Assembly (NCBI RefSeq): GCF_964194155.1 | Contig: NC_135881.1 | Location: 142,166,001 to 142,230,000 of the forward strand | Source: Cetorhinus maximus | Taxonomy: Eukaryota | Length of the DNA: 64,000 nt | Reading direction: 5' to 3' | Part shown: in pieces, positions 40,926-52,211 of the stretch | Position numbering within the stretch: the stretch's first letter is position 1 | Layout: each line of letters opens with the position of its first letter | Made by a program: the position numbers and the translations under genes | Notes under the pieces: model-generated | The model's database searches: none | Seen by the model: only the letters and a program-made list of their open reading frames with translations | What the model was told of the DNA's origin: nothing

Positions 40926-43440
40926 TATATATCCAGGCAGCTATTTTCTTGAAGGGTTTAATCCTCCATTTTCTTGCCTGTAGTTCACTCTGCAAATCTG
41001 AATAAACACATGCTAAATGTACATGAATGTGAAATAATTTAGTGTGTTAGCATTAATGGAACATTGTTATGTTTTTGTGTATGTTGCTAAACCTCCTCCT
41101 GGGACCAAAATCAGTTTAAATCTCTCTTTTCTGTGAAGGAGAGATTAATATCATTTGAATGACTGGACATTTTATGCTTTATGGTCTTATGCAAGGATCA
41201 TATGAATGTAAAGTATTTTAGCTGCAGATAGTTTCTGAGAATGAATGATAGGTGGGCCAAATGCATTGTGATGTTTGTGTGTATAATTGTAGTCAGTCTT
41301 CAATTTTTTCAGTTGCTTCACTGGATGGGCAATAAATGCTCACCCAACCAGCAAAGCCCACATCCTGTGAATAAATAAAAAAATACTCTTGGTTCTATTT
41401 TTTGGTTTTGCTATGTGTTCATTATCTTGCCCTGTGTTGTATTTGAAGCAGCCTGTTTCTGAACTCTGTTCAATTCAGATTAAGATTGTGATTAAACAAA
41501 CTCATACAACTGTAGCACTTCCATTAGTATCAGTGTCCACCTACATATGTGGTGCATTTCATTTATTTATAGATTTTCTCACTCCTCACCTTACCACTTT
41601 CCTTCAAGTCTGCCATTTTCCTCCAGATACCCTTCCACTCTCCTAGTACCTGATCCTGCAATGGTCTCCTGTGTGTTAGTCTCTCATACTTCCTTCACCC
41701 TATATAGATTGGCGGCTTGATTCTCTGGTCTCTAGAGTGCACTTCACTGTGCCCTCATGCCTCTTAAAACAATCTAGAGATCTTGATAAAATCTTTGTTA
41801 TTGTCTTTGGTGCTCATTTCTCTTAGAATCTGTGGACTCTACAGCTAGTTCAGCCCACTTTGCAGCATTTAGCCAGTTGAGCAGCATTTTTGCATGTGCC
41901 TTCCATTTGGGCACTCAGTTGTTTGTGTTACTGAACCGCCCAGAAGCATACAAAGTTGCATGTTCCTGTGAGTTCATTTAGAAACAAAGGTGACAATTAA
42001 ACCCCAGAGTGCTGGCTGTGAGTAACTTCACTCTGACTTCCCTGGAGAACAATGTGGAATTAATTCTCTCCAGGTAGGGAACAGTGGATTTAACATAAAA
42101 TGACCACTTGACTTGCTTATTAGGTATTAGAATATGAGCATGTTATTTTTTAATGACACCAGTGAATCTGTAACAACAAAACAACAAAAACACTTAATCC
42201 TTTGTTTAAATATACACAGACAACTTTGGGAATCAACTTCATGCACTGACTATTTTCTATTTCATGAGTAGGAGGAAACAAGGGAAAAGTGGGTGGTGAT
42301 GTAATAAGTCATGGGCTTCAAAAAATATAATAAACTGCATAGTGGCCACCAATCTATACCACAGAGAACCATGGCTATTGTGGTTTCTAATTGCATCCTC
42401 AGGTTTGCAGTTTGATTGCAGTAGTAAAGCTTGTGACATTAATAAGCCCCCATAATTACAATCAATAATTAAGAGCAATATGATAGACAATATTACAAAC
42501 CAGTAATTACAAAATACGTTACTTTAATAGGTATCTCAACATTTGGTTTGGATATCAATTAACTATGGATTCCTAGGTTTATGCAGGTTACGTTTTTACT
42601 GTCAGGAAAAATAAGATTAGTAGCTCACTGGCCTTATCTTTGTCATCAGAGCCACTGATTCATTATAATGGAAAGTTGGACGGCAGGTTGGCAGTGACTA
42701 TGATTTGCCTCTTCCTTAAACTAGTAGGTTTCTTCCTGACAGCACTTAAGAGACTAGGGAAAAATGTGAGAATAACAGTAATGTACATTTACAACAGCTG
42801 CCAATTCAAGCTTTCAACAGCAGATACATTGCTTGCAATCACCACTGGCAGGGACCATCACACCCAGATGTTCTCCTTTATCTAACAGTAAAATGAAGCA
42901 ACCAATTATACTTCCCTTACAAAAAATCCTCTTTAACAGGCTGCCAAAAGTGATGCAACCTAATTTCTGCCACTTGGGCTGAAACTAAATTTCAATTATA
43001 ATCTCCTCTTTCTTTCTCCCCTCACCCTACTTTCTTGAAGACACAGTGGTAGCTTTTTTCAACTTGCTGCTCTGGCATAAAACTGGCATTGGAGATTTGA
43101 AATCAATGGGAAAAAAAATTCTGGCAGTTTCTACAATAGGCTGATCCACAACACCAGTTATGGGTGGGCAGTAAGCTGAAAAATGACGTCAATGACTTTT
43201 TATCCTGTGCAGTTGCACAGTTTAGTAGCCAACCCAAATGGCCTTCTTCATTTTGGGCGGTGTATTAGCCGACTGTGGACACATCATAATTCAACTTAAC
43301 TCTGCCTTTACCTAGTATCTACAGCGCTCACTTTTTAGGAAGCATCATCAGACACCTGGCTGGTTTTTCTCCTTTCTTATTAAGAATTAACTTGTATTTA
43401 TAATACAAGTTATAAATACATAAATATCCCAAAGCGCGTT

Positions 43441-43722
43441 TTTTTATTCATTCATGGGATGTGGGCATCGCCAGCTAGGCCAGCGTTTATTGCCCTTGTT
43501 CAGAGGGTATTTAAGAGTCAACATGTAGGCCAGACCAGATAAAGACAGCAAACTTCCTTTATGACAATGGTTTCATGGTCATCATCAGACTTTTAATTCT
43601 AGATTTTTATTGAATTCAAATTTCACCATCTGCTGTGGTGGGATTCAAATCCAGGTCCCCAGAGCATTACCCTGAGTCTCTAGAATGCTAGTCAGTGATA
43701 ATACCACAATGCAACCACCTCC
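43441..43722 (-). mobile_element. tRNA-derived SINE sharing its 3' tail with the LINE at 55480-56230
   Basis: Head ...gacctggatttgaatcccaccac (B box). Tail gggcaataaacgctggcctagctggcgatgcccacatcccatgaatgaataaaaa. Confidence 0.7.
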
Positions 43723-43734
43723 CTTCAAAACCAA

Positions 43735-44020
43735 ACTACTTTTGAAGTGTAGTACTGTTGCACACACAGCTGGCGTAGATAAATTATCAGATAAGATATT
43801 TTTAGTATGGTTGGTTTGGGATAAATGTGAGCCATAACACTGGGAAAAATTACCTTACTTTTTGAATGGTGCCATGGGATCATTTACTGACAAGGCAGAT
43901 AGAGGCCCAGTTTCGCACCTCATCTGAGAAAAGACACCTCTGACAGTGCTACATTTCCTCAGTACTATAGTGAAGTGTCATTCTTGATTATGTACACAAA
44001 CATCTTCAGTGGAACTCACA
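43735..44020 (-). mobile_element. Deu-domain SINE fragment
   Basis: gtgccatgggatc, cctcatctgagaaaagacacctctgacagtgc and cctcagtact blocks. Confidence 0.6.
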
Positions 44021-44274
44021 ATCATACAATAGTACAACACAGGAGACCATTCAGGCCATTAAGCCTGCACTGACTCTTTGGAAGAGCAATCCAGTTAGGC
44101 AACATGAACCAATTATCTTCTTACTATTAAGGGATGAGGTCTTTCACTGAGCTAAAGTCAGTTGTATACCTCACTAAGGTTCATCCTAAAATCAGCAAAT
44201 TCAATACAGACCAGAGATATACCTGGGATCTTCTTGGTCTCTATGGCCTGGATATTTGCGCAGTCATAGAGACC

Positions 44275-45614
44275 CCGTGGATCTTTAATAATGGAGGGTG
44301 GGATCCAGATGTGGAAGTCCCACTCCCATTTTCAACAGATCCAAATTTTTGCCTGTAGGGGAAAGGGGCAGGGAATGGCTCACACACGAGGGAAACCCAA
44401 ACTGAGCAGGGCCATTTGAACTCAGTGTTGAGTTCAAACAGACCCTATTTTTGCTGTAGCAAGGGCCTTAACCCATAGTGTGTGTCACAATTTTTTTTTT
44501 ACAGTAGACATAAATGCTCTTGAAGGGCAGATAAGGTGTGTAGAACTGTCATGATGTGAAGGTATTTAAACCCACGGCTTTTCAAAAATAAAAAAGGCTG
44601 TGCCAGTGAGAACTGAAACTGTTCTAACAGTTACAATTGCTGTTTGTTGACATTTCCCCAAGGGCTATCATTATGTCACTATGAGGAGAATTTTCTCCCC
44701 ATTGGGCAGGCTGGGCAGGAGCGGGTGCGGGCGGGTACGCAGCTGACTCCGGTGCACGCCCACTGAACTGACTGAAGATCGGAATGACGTGCAGTGATGT
44801 CAAGACACACACCCGATGTCACTGCGTGTCATTTTACGCGTCGGTGTGCAGGTGCGGGCCCCGCAAGCCGAACGGAAGATTCTGGCCGATATTTGGCTGC
44901 TTTCCACAAACTATAATTATTTCAGCAGGGGGTCCTAAGTTCATAATTTGACTGACAGCTCAAAGAGGTTATTCACTGTCATTGATGTGAGGTTATGATT
45001 AGAATTATATTTTTTAAGGGATTAAGCACTTGAGGAGATTTTAAAGTTTTGAATGAGCTTTCATGAGCATGACTATTTTTTTAATATAGTGAAGGCTGTT
45101 GTAGATATTTAGACCTTTTATTTCATCTTAACATGCCACCTGAGGTCTACCTAGTGTGGATACCAGGTGAGTTGGCTTGGAGGGTGTAAGGACCAAGGGT
45201 GGTGGGCGGGTGGGTTGGCATGATTTTGCATTAAGTTGGCATGGGGGCTATAAGGGGCCATGGGAGTGAGTGGAGAGCATAGGTTGACAATAATTTGGCA
45301 TGGGATCATGAGAGTGGGTGGGGTTGTGAGGTGATGTGAGGGATGGTGCCTAGTGGGCCTAAAATGTAACAAAACAACTGGGACAGGGTTCCAGAGAACC
45401 AAGGCGGTCCTTTTAACGAGCCTGTCTCAGCACTCAGCAGCCCCTGTGGTCACCTCCGATCTGCATCCAGGGGCGGCAGGTCTAACTTCATCCCATCCCC
45501 GTCACCCCAGAGCGAGAACTGGGTCTGAAGGGCCACTTTCTACCGAGGCAGGTCTACTGAGTTGGGAAATTTCCCGACTCGAGCTGCCCGCCTCAGCAGT
45601 GAAAGACTGTCCCC
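44275..45614. mobile_element. Family F-like TIR element containing a family A mini-copy
   Basis: Reverse-complement similarity to 15273-16140 (gctcatgaaa block, purine-rich ggcatggggg tract). Ends aaagactgtcccc. Confidence 0.4.
44683..44887 (-). mobile_element. Family A mini-copy (~205 bp)
   Basis: gaggagaattttctcccc ... aagattctggcc, flanks tat/gat. Confidence 0.75.
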
Positions 45615-45650
45615 ATGACTCCGAATTACACATCTCAGTATAAATCAAAA

Positions 45651-47865
45651 GGGGCAAAATTTAATAGATTAGATTCCTTCAGATTCAGGCAGCATGAAAA
45701 CTTTGTGCTGCCCACTAATTTAAATGTAAACACCAAAGTTAGGTTGAGGCTTGCACCGCTTAAAGCTGGCCTACACTACTTACAGGTAAGGTGCATCCTA
45801 GTTGCAACAGATGATGGAAGTGGCTGTGAAAAAGCGTCTGACCAGCAGATGAGTGAATATGGTGCCAGAAGATAGAGAACATGCTCCAAGATTCCCTGGA
45901 GCAGCACTGGAAGCCTTGGTGCAGTAAGTGTACAGGAGGAGAGAGATCATCTATCTGTGGGTGGGTGGGGCGGGAGCAGGAATCCCTCCAAACTTTACAA
46001 AGGTAGTGAGAGCAGATAGCCATCACTGTAGCCCCAAGAACCTGGTGCAGTTCAGGAAGAAATTTAACGCCTTCACATGAGTGGTCAAGGTCAGTGAATT
46101 CATCCTAACATACCATATGCTTATAACTGAACCATTGACCTCGCACACTGTTGAATTCACTTCCCCCATTTCATTCACTTATCAAAAATCCCTATCAATT
46201 AGAACTCGTACCTAACATTCATTGCTTCACCTCACCCTCACACACTTAGCACTGCTGCAAGCCCCACACACACACACAAAGTATCACCGCTCGCCATTCA
46301 ATTATAACAGACACATCACCTAAACACATTACACCACACTCAATGACACATTTCCTCCTCTCTTGCCCAAGATGGTATAAGCATGCATCTCTTACTTTCC
46401 CCTTCTCCCCTTGTGCCTCTTTTCAGATATTAAATAATTGTAACTTAGTCAGATACAGGTACTGAAGTAAGGCGTGCTAGAGGAAGAAGAGACTGGTGAT
46501 GAAGGAACACCATCACATGCTTTAATACTTGCAGCCACTAGCTTTGATGCTGACATTGTGTGTAATATGCATAGATTCGCGGTGGAGTCTGCAGATGGTG
46601 AGACATCAAATGAGTGTCCTGCAGCCAGGGCAGGGAGTATGCATGCAGTAGGTGCTGGCTTGCTGCAGTCTATCCTTGCAAAGTCACATGCTCGCTTTGC
46701 CTGCTTGACTCTGTAAAGAGTGAATGCAATGTATTCAGCTCTCTTTGCATACAGAGTGTCAGTCACCTTCCCTATATAACAGTGGAGAACGAATTACAAG
46801 GTGTTGGGGATGTCCCCTGCTCCAGTCTGGAAGGAGCCCGAGGCAAGGAGGTTCATGGCCACGGTCAACTTTCGAGCCACTGACAATGCCGTCCTTGCCC
46901 TATTCTAATGCTGTGGATCTGCCTGCAACACATGGTCGATTTCAGTGAGCATCTCCTTGCTGAAATCTAGACACTGCACACACTGACTGGAATTTTACAG
47001 CCCCCCCGCCCCCTACCGGGACAAGATGGCCACAGGCTTCATTGGTTTCTCTTCTTCAGGACTGCTTGCAATCCAAGCAATGGCGACCACTCCTCTGATT
47101 AGCTGACAACTATTGAAGGTGATGGGGGCAGAAGGCCCACCTTGAGGCAACTAAAGGCCCAACAGCCATTAAATGGCAGTAGGGTGATCCGCCCAAGCGG
47201 AGGCATGATCCGCCACCAGCGTAAAATTCAGCCCTCTGTTCCAGGTTTTGATTGAGGTAGGAAAATTGCTCCCTGAAGATGCCAGGTTGATATGGTTCCT
47301 TGCTAAGAGCCAATGGCTTCTTCCTCTGTGTTGCCTCTTCTCATTCCCTCTGCCACACTGCAGGCCAGGATGGATGGTAACTACAGCACACATGACTAGG
47401 AGCAAGAGGTCTGAACAAAGCCCTTCAAGTGAGAACCAAGGCTTTCACCACATCTTACATACCTCCCTGTAGACTCTGCCAACTTTAAGTAGCAGTACAA
47501 ATTTCCAAACACTTCTACTATTAATTCGGCGACAGCTAATAGAAATCAATCAATGCCTAAACTGAAAGTAGTTGACAATTCCTTTAAACAGGATTGGAGT
47601 GGGGTTCCTTCCTGCTACTCATTGCATACCCATTTGTGTGAGTTTAAGAGAGGGCAGCAGCTGGAACATTCAGGTCGAAAATGTCAAATAAGTACTGCAC
47701 ACTGACTGATGGCATAATCTTCCTACCCTACATGTGCCCAGCACCCACCTAATGACCTACTTAAAATGTCAACCCACACGGCCCACACAGTAAGAATCCA
47801 AAATAGCACCTGTAGCACAAAACATACAGATGCTAGGCATTCATATTTTGCAGCCAAAATTCTTA
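45651..47865. mobile_element. Second decayed Harbinger with a large internal deletion (ends approximate)
   Basis: + strand Myb exon (DREHAPRFPGAALEALVQ*VYRRREIIY...QFRKKFNAFT*VVK|gtcagt, 45870-46090) abuts a - strand transposase N-terminus (ALSKEPYQPGIFREQFSYL...TALSVARKLTVAMNLLASGSFQTGAGDI...VTDTLYAKRAEYIAF) at ~46665. Confidence 0.8.
46985..47234. mobile_element. Small Harbinger-type MITE inserted in the transposase remnant
   Basis: Ends gactggaattttac ... gtaaaattcagccc, flanks act/tct. Interrupts the transposase reading frame. Confidence 0.6.
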
Positions 47866-48319
47866 AAAGGAAGGCTGTTGTCACTCTGGGAAACAAAAAC
47901 ACCTTGAAGCGCTACATAATACAATGTCACTGGGCAAAAGACATGTGCATAATATCAACTTCATCATAACACAATGATGCCATCATGCCATAACTTGACT
48001 GCCTGAAGTGAAAAGATTTCATCAATAATTTTACAGGGGCAACGATGCCCTTTGGACAGTAAACATGACAGAGACATTCTGAAGATCAATTTCAAATTGC
48101 GAACAATCAAATTGACCTCATATACATAAGATAAAAGCAAAATAAAGGCAAAATAAAAGCAAAATACTTCAGATGCTGAAAATCTAGAACAAAAACAAAA
48201 ATACATGGAAAAACTCAGCAGGTCTGACAGCATCTATGGAGAGGAATACAGTTAACGTTTCGAGTCCAAATGAAAGACCTGCTGAGTTTTTCCAGGTATT
48301 TTTGTTTTTGATCTCGTAT

Positions 48320-48862
48320 ACAGCCTTCTAGACTTGATTATTCCAATGTAGTCCTGGTCAGTCTTCCACGTTTCACCCTCCATAAACGTGAGGTCATCCA
48401 AAATTCTGCTGCCCAATTCCTAACATGCACCAAATCTCATTCATCCATCACCCCTGTTTTGACCACCTAAACTGGTGCTTGATTAAGCTACGTCTTGATT
48501 TTAAATTCTCAACTTAGTTTTCAAATCCCTCCATTGCTTTGCATCTTCATATCTCTGTAATCTCCTCTAGCCCCACCAATCTCCAAAATACCTGCACTCC
48601 TCTAACTCTGGTCTCTTAAGCATCACCAATTTTCATTGCACCACCATTAGTGTTGATGCTTTCATTTGCCTCGGGGAACTTCCTCCTTAAACCATTCCTT
48701 TTGTCTACCTCTCTCACTTCCTTTAACACTCTTTAAAATCTACCTTTTTGATCAAGCTTTTGGTATCTGCCCTAATAGCTCCTTATGTTGCTCAATGCCA
48801 TATTTTGTTGTTTATTGCTCCTGTGAAGCACCTTGGAACATTTTATTATGTTAAAGGCATTA
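48320..48862 (+). mobile_element. L2 LINE 3' end
   Basis: SRLDYSNVVL..VIQNSAA..SITPVL motifs and L2 tail. Confidence 0.8.
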
Positions 48863-49100
48863 TGTTCTCCTCACCTCTCTCAGGAATTTACCAAAGAATT
48901 CCATACGCAATCCAATACTTTTGAAGCATAGTCACTGTACATGAAGATACTGGTCATTTTGCACATAGGAAAACCTACAAACAGCGACAAGATTAGTAAC
49001 CAGATAGTTTTTTGTTAGCAATATTGGCTAACTTTTGCAGTCAGCACTGAAGGAACAGTGCTTACCAGTGACTTTGAAGAAAGTTGCCCACAAAGATCTA

Positions 49101-49770
49101 GGGGAGAATTTTCTCCCCGTCAGGGGTGTTGGGCAGGAGTGGACATGGGTAGGAGTGCAGCCAATCGTCGCCTGCATTAAGGCCCACCCAGCGTGACACG
49201 CGCCCGGAAGCACTGAGTGCTCCCTGTGTGGGCAGGGGGGAGGAGGCTGAGTCGGGGAGTGCGCTCTTTCGTGCATGAGTGTGAAAGAGCGCAGAAATCT
49301 CCCGAAGGCACAGAGCTGCCTCAGGGAGATTAGCTTAAGTTCAGAAAATTTTGACAAGGAAAAAAAAAATTTTAAGGCAAGTCCCCTCATGTGAAAGTGT
49401 CACATGAGCTGGGGCATGTCTATGAATGTTATTAAAATTTTTAATAAAACTTTAAGTACCTTCATGAAACCTCATCCGGCCCGTGGATGAGGTTCCATGA
49501 AAAATGCGAAGGCCGCCTGGGCTCTTCGTCTGCCCGCCAGCCTTAAGGTTGGACGGGCAGCTCAGTTTATTGTTTTAATTGATATTTAAAAGGCCTTAAT
49601 AGGTCTTTGGCAGTTCAGTGGGCACGCAGCCGACTCGGGAATGCACCCGCCGAACTGAAAATCTGAATGACGCGCAGCGATGTCAGGACACACACCCGAC
49701 GTCACCACGCGTCATTTTATGCGTCGGCAAGCAGGCCCCTCCCCCACTCGCCGAGCCAAAGATTCTGGCC
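49101..49770 (-). mobile_element. Family A MITE (TSD CTA)
   Basis: cta|ggggagaattttctcccc ... aagattctggcc|cta. Confidence 0.88.
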
Positions 49771-49773
49771 CTA

Positions 49774-50991
49774 GGGTAGAATCGTCTGTGCCCGCTGGCA
49801 TCGGGCGTGCTCGGTGGTGTGAGCGGACAATATGGCAATAAGGCCAAAAATTAGTTTCACAACTTCATGAAACCAGTTTTCGATCATCCGCTCAGCCCAT
49901 TGATGGCGGGCCACGTTTCCCGCCATCGGACGTCGGGAGCATCATTGTAATACATCTACATATCATTACAAGGCAAGCCCGCTGGACTCATCCCCCCACA
50001 CTGACTCGTCCACCCACGCCTTCACAACTGTACATAAGCAACATGCACCTGGTGGGCTGCATTTCGCTTGGGACTTCGAGGTTTGTTTGCCTATCTTGCT
50101 TCGGGCAGCACTCGCAGTCATCTGGGCCAGGCTTCACCCACAGCACCACGTCACTTTTAGGGGGGGCTCACTTGCAGATCTCTACTTACCAGACCAGCCA
50201 TAAGTGGGGGTGGCTTTGTATGGCTGCAAGGCTAACACTTGCTTGGGGAAGGGGGAGAAGTGACCTCAGGCAAGGGAAGGGGCTGCATTGTGGGGGCAGA
50301 AGCTGGTCTGTTCAAATGGCCTCAAGATGGTGAGGACTGAGCAGGCTCCAGAGATGATGAGGCCAAATGAAGATATGAGACTGAGTGGTGATGTCCCTTG
50401 AGCTGGCAGTGAGTGAGATGCCAGTGATGTGTGATGAGCTTGAATGTGTGATTTTAGAGTGATGGGATGATTGCCATACCCTGGCAGCATTGATGAGATC
50501 ATTCATCCTCTATCTGCATTGGATGGCCAACCTGCAGCATTGGCACTGATCACCACTGCCGTCACCTACCAAGCCAGAGTGGTAATGTTGCTGTCCCTTC
50601 TGTGGACAGAGTGGGGGTACAGGACATCACGGTGGGCCTCCACAGCATCCAAAAGGCACTCGAGGGATGTGTCACTAACCTGGGGACTGCAGTCTTCTTG
50701 CCTTTCGGGGCCAAGTCTTATTCGCCGCAGTCCTGAACTGAAAGCACCGAGAGGTATGCGCGAGGCTGTACTTTAAATGTGGCACCCGGAGTGATGAAGC
50801 GGCAAAGTGATGGCGTTGCAGGCGAATTGGAGCCCGTCCACCATGGAAATGGCATGTTTCCCAGGAATGCATAATTAGTGCAGTAGGTTTGGGATGATAT
50901 GTCGTGAGAAGCCACCATTATGGCCAGCAGGCAAAACATTGTTTTACCTGCCCACTACTGCACTTAGTGCAAATCTGGGACAATTCCATCC
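49774..50991 (-). mobile_element. Non-autonomous Harbinger family B (TSD CTA), in tandem with a family A copy
   Basis: cta|gggtagaatc ... aattccatcc|cta. Contains SDTSLECLLDAVEAHRDVLYP and RMNDLINAAR|gtatgg remnants. Confidence 0.85.
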
Positions 50992-52194
50992 CTAGTGATC
51001 TCTGAGGCACAGATTTCCCCTTTTCTGACAGATTAAGTCTAGTCCCAAGGCAAAGGGGTCTCCAGCTGTGCAGCAATAGTAATATCAGCAGACAGGGTAA
51101 GCAGCCAATCACATTGAAGCATACTCACAGACAGCAAACCAGGAAGTTAAAAGCACTCAATCCCTTAACTTAAAAGTTCATATATGGAAATAAATGATTA
51201 CAATTGGATTTAGATAGAAGCTAAAATATCAAAATGACCAAACAAACAAAAAAAATGTGAATCTTAACATCTGATGGAGAAATTTGACATTCCAAAACAG
51301 TATTAGCTTTTCAGAGCCAGTGAAGTTGTTTAGCAATAATTATGGAGTTAGTATACCATTAAAAATGCATTTAAAGTTTGTTCAGCAAGTGTATATTTTG
51401 TAAGGGCTTTTACAGCAAGATAAACAGTGTAAAAGTGGTGTTTTTTTGAGAAATTACTGCTTGCTTAGGGATTGCACTCTTGAGGGACCTCAACAGTGCA
51501 TTCTCTGGAGGAAGAATAGAATCACTGACAGCAACTTCAAGATTTCTCTGTTTAACTGGGTATTTGTGAATTCACGAGGTTGCTGTCAGTTTCAGCAAAT
51601 ACTGACAGTTTCACTGTCAATGTGACTGCAAATTCCAGGCCATTGACTTGAGGAAGGATGTCAAAAGAACTCCCTACTCTTCTCCAAATAGCCACTTGAA
51701 CATGCAGTCAGGGACTTCTTTAACTCCCAATTCAAAAGAGAGCACCTGACAATGCAGCAAGCATTCTTTGAATGCTGCATCATTAGTCTCAAGTCAAGAA
51801 GAGGTACTTGAACCTATAACCTTCCGACTCAGAGGTGGCAATTGAGCCAAAGTCACATAAAAAGGACAATAAAAATGTTTGAACAAAAATCTTGAACCTA
51901 AAATATTGAAGGAATCTCAGACTAATTAAAGCAGTCAGCTCTCACAACACACGTTCATTCATTATCCCCTCTCCCCACATAAATCCTATTAGTTCATTCA
52001 CTATAAATTTCATGTGTATGTGCCTTGAAAGAGAACCATGCTTAGTTCTGACACTAAACCAAGCTTATAGTTTCAAGAACTGTTCAGGTTACATTTTTCT
52101 TGGGAGAATGTCAATTTCTTTTTGTGAGCAGGCAGTGAAGGAGCTTAAGCTCTTTAAAGAAGTAGGTATTTGCCGCTTACCAGACCTGACTCGG

Positions 52195-52211
52195 TGAACT
52201 GCCAATGACCC
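52195..52211 (-). promoter_or_regulatory. Candidate intronic DR5 RARE
   Basis: Minus strand GGGTCA ttggc AGTTCA, a perfect RGKTCA-N5-RGKTCA match in repeat-poor intronic DNA about 10 kb downstream of the TSS. Confidence 0.6.

Larger units (their letters stand above)
49026..51641 (+). mobile_element. Older MITE family C (TSD ATT) hosting family A and B insertions
   Basis: att|ggctaacttttgcagtca ... tgactgcaaattccaggcc|att. Similar to 19481-20218, 35034-36305 and 39521-40210. Confidence 0.75.
48880..51850 (-). mobile_element. Deu-domain SINE split by the family C/A/B nest (pieces 48880-49025 and 51642-51850)
   Basis: Tail part on the left, gaactccctactcttc and cttgaacctataaccttccgactcagagg head on the right. 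Confidence 0.55.
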
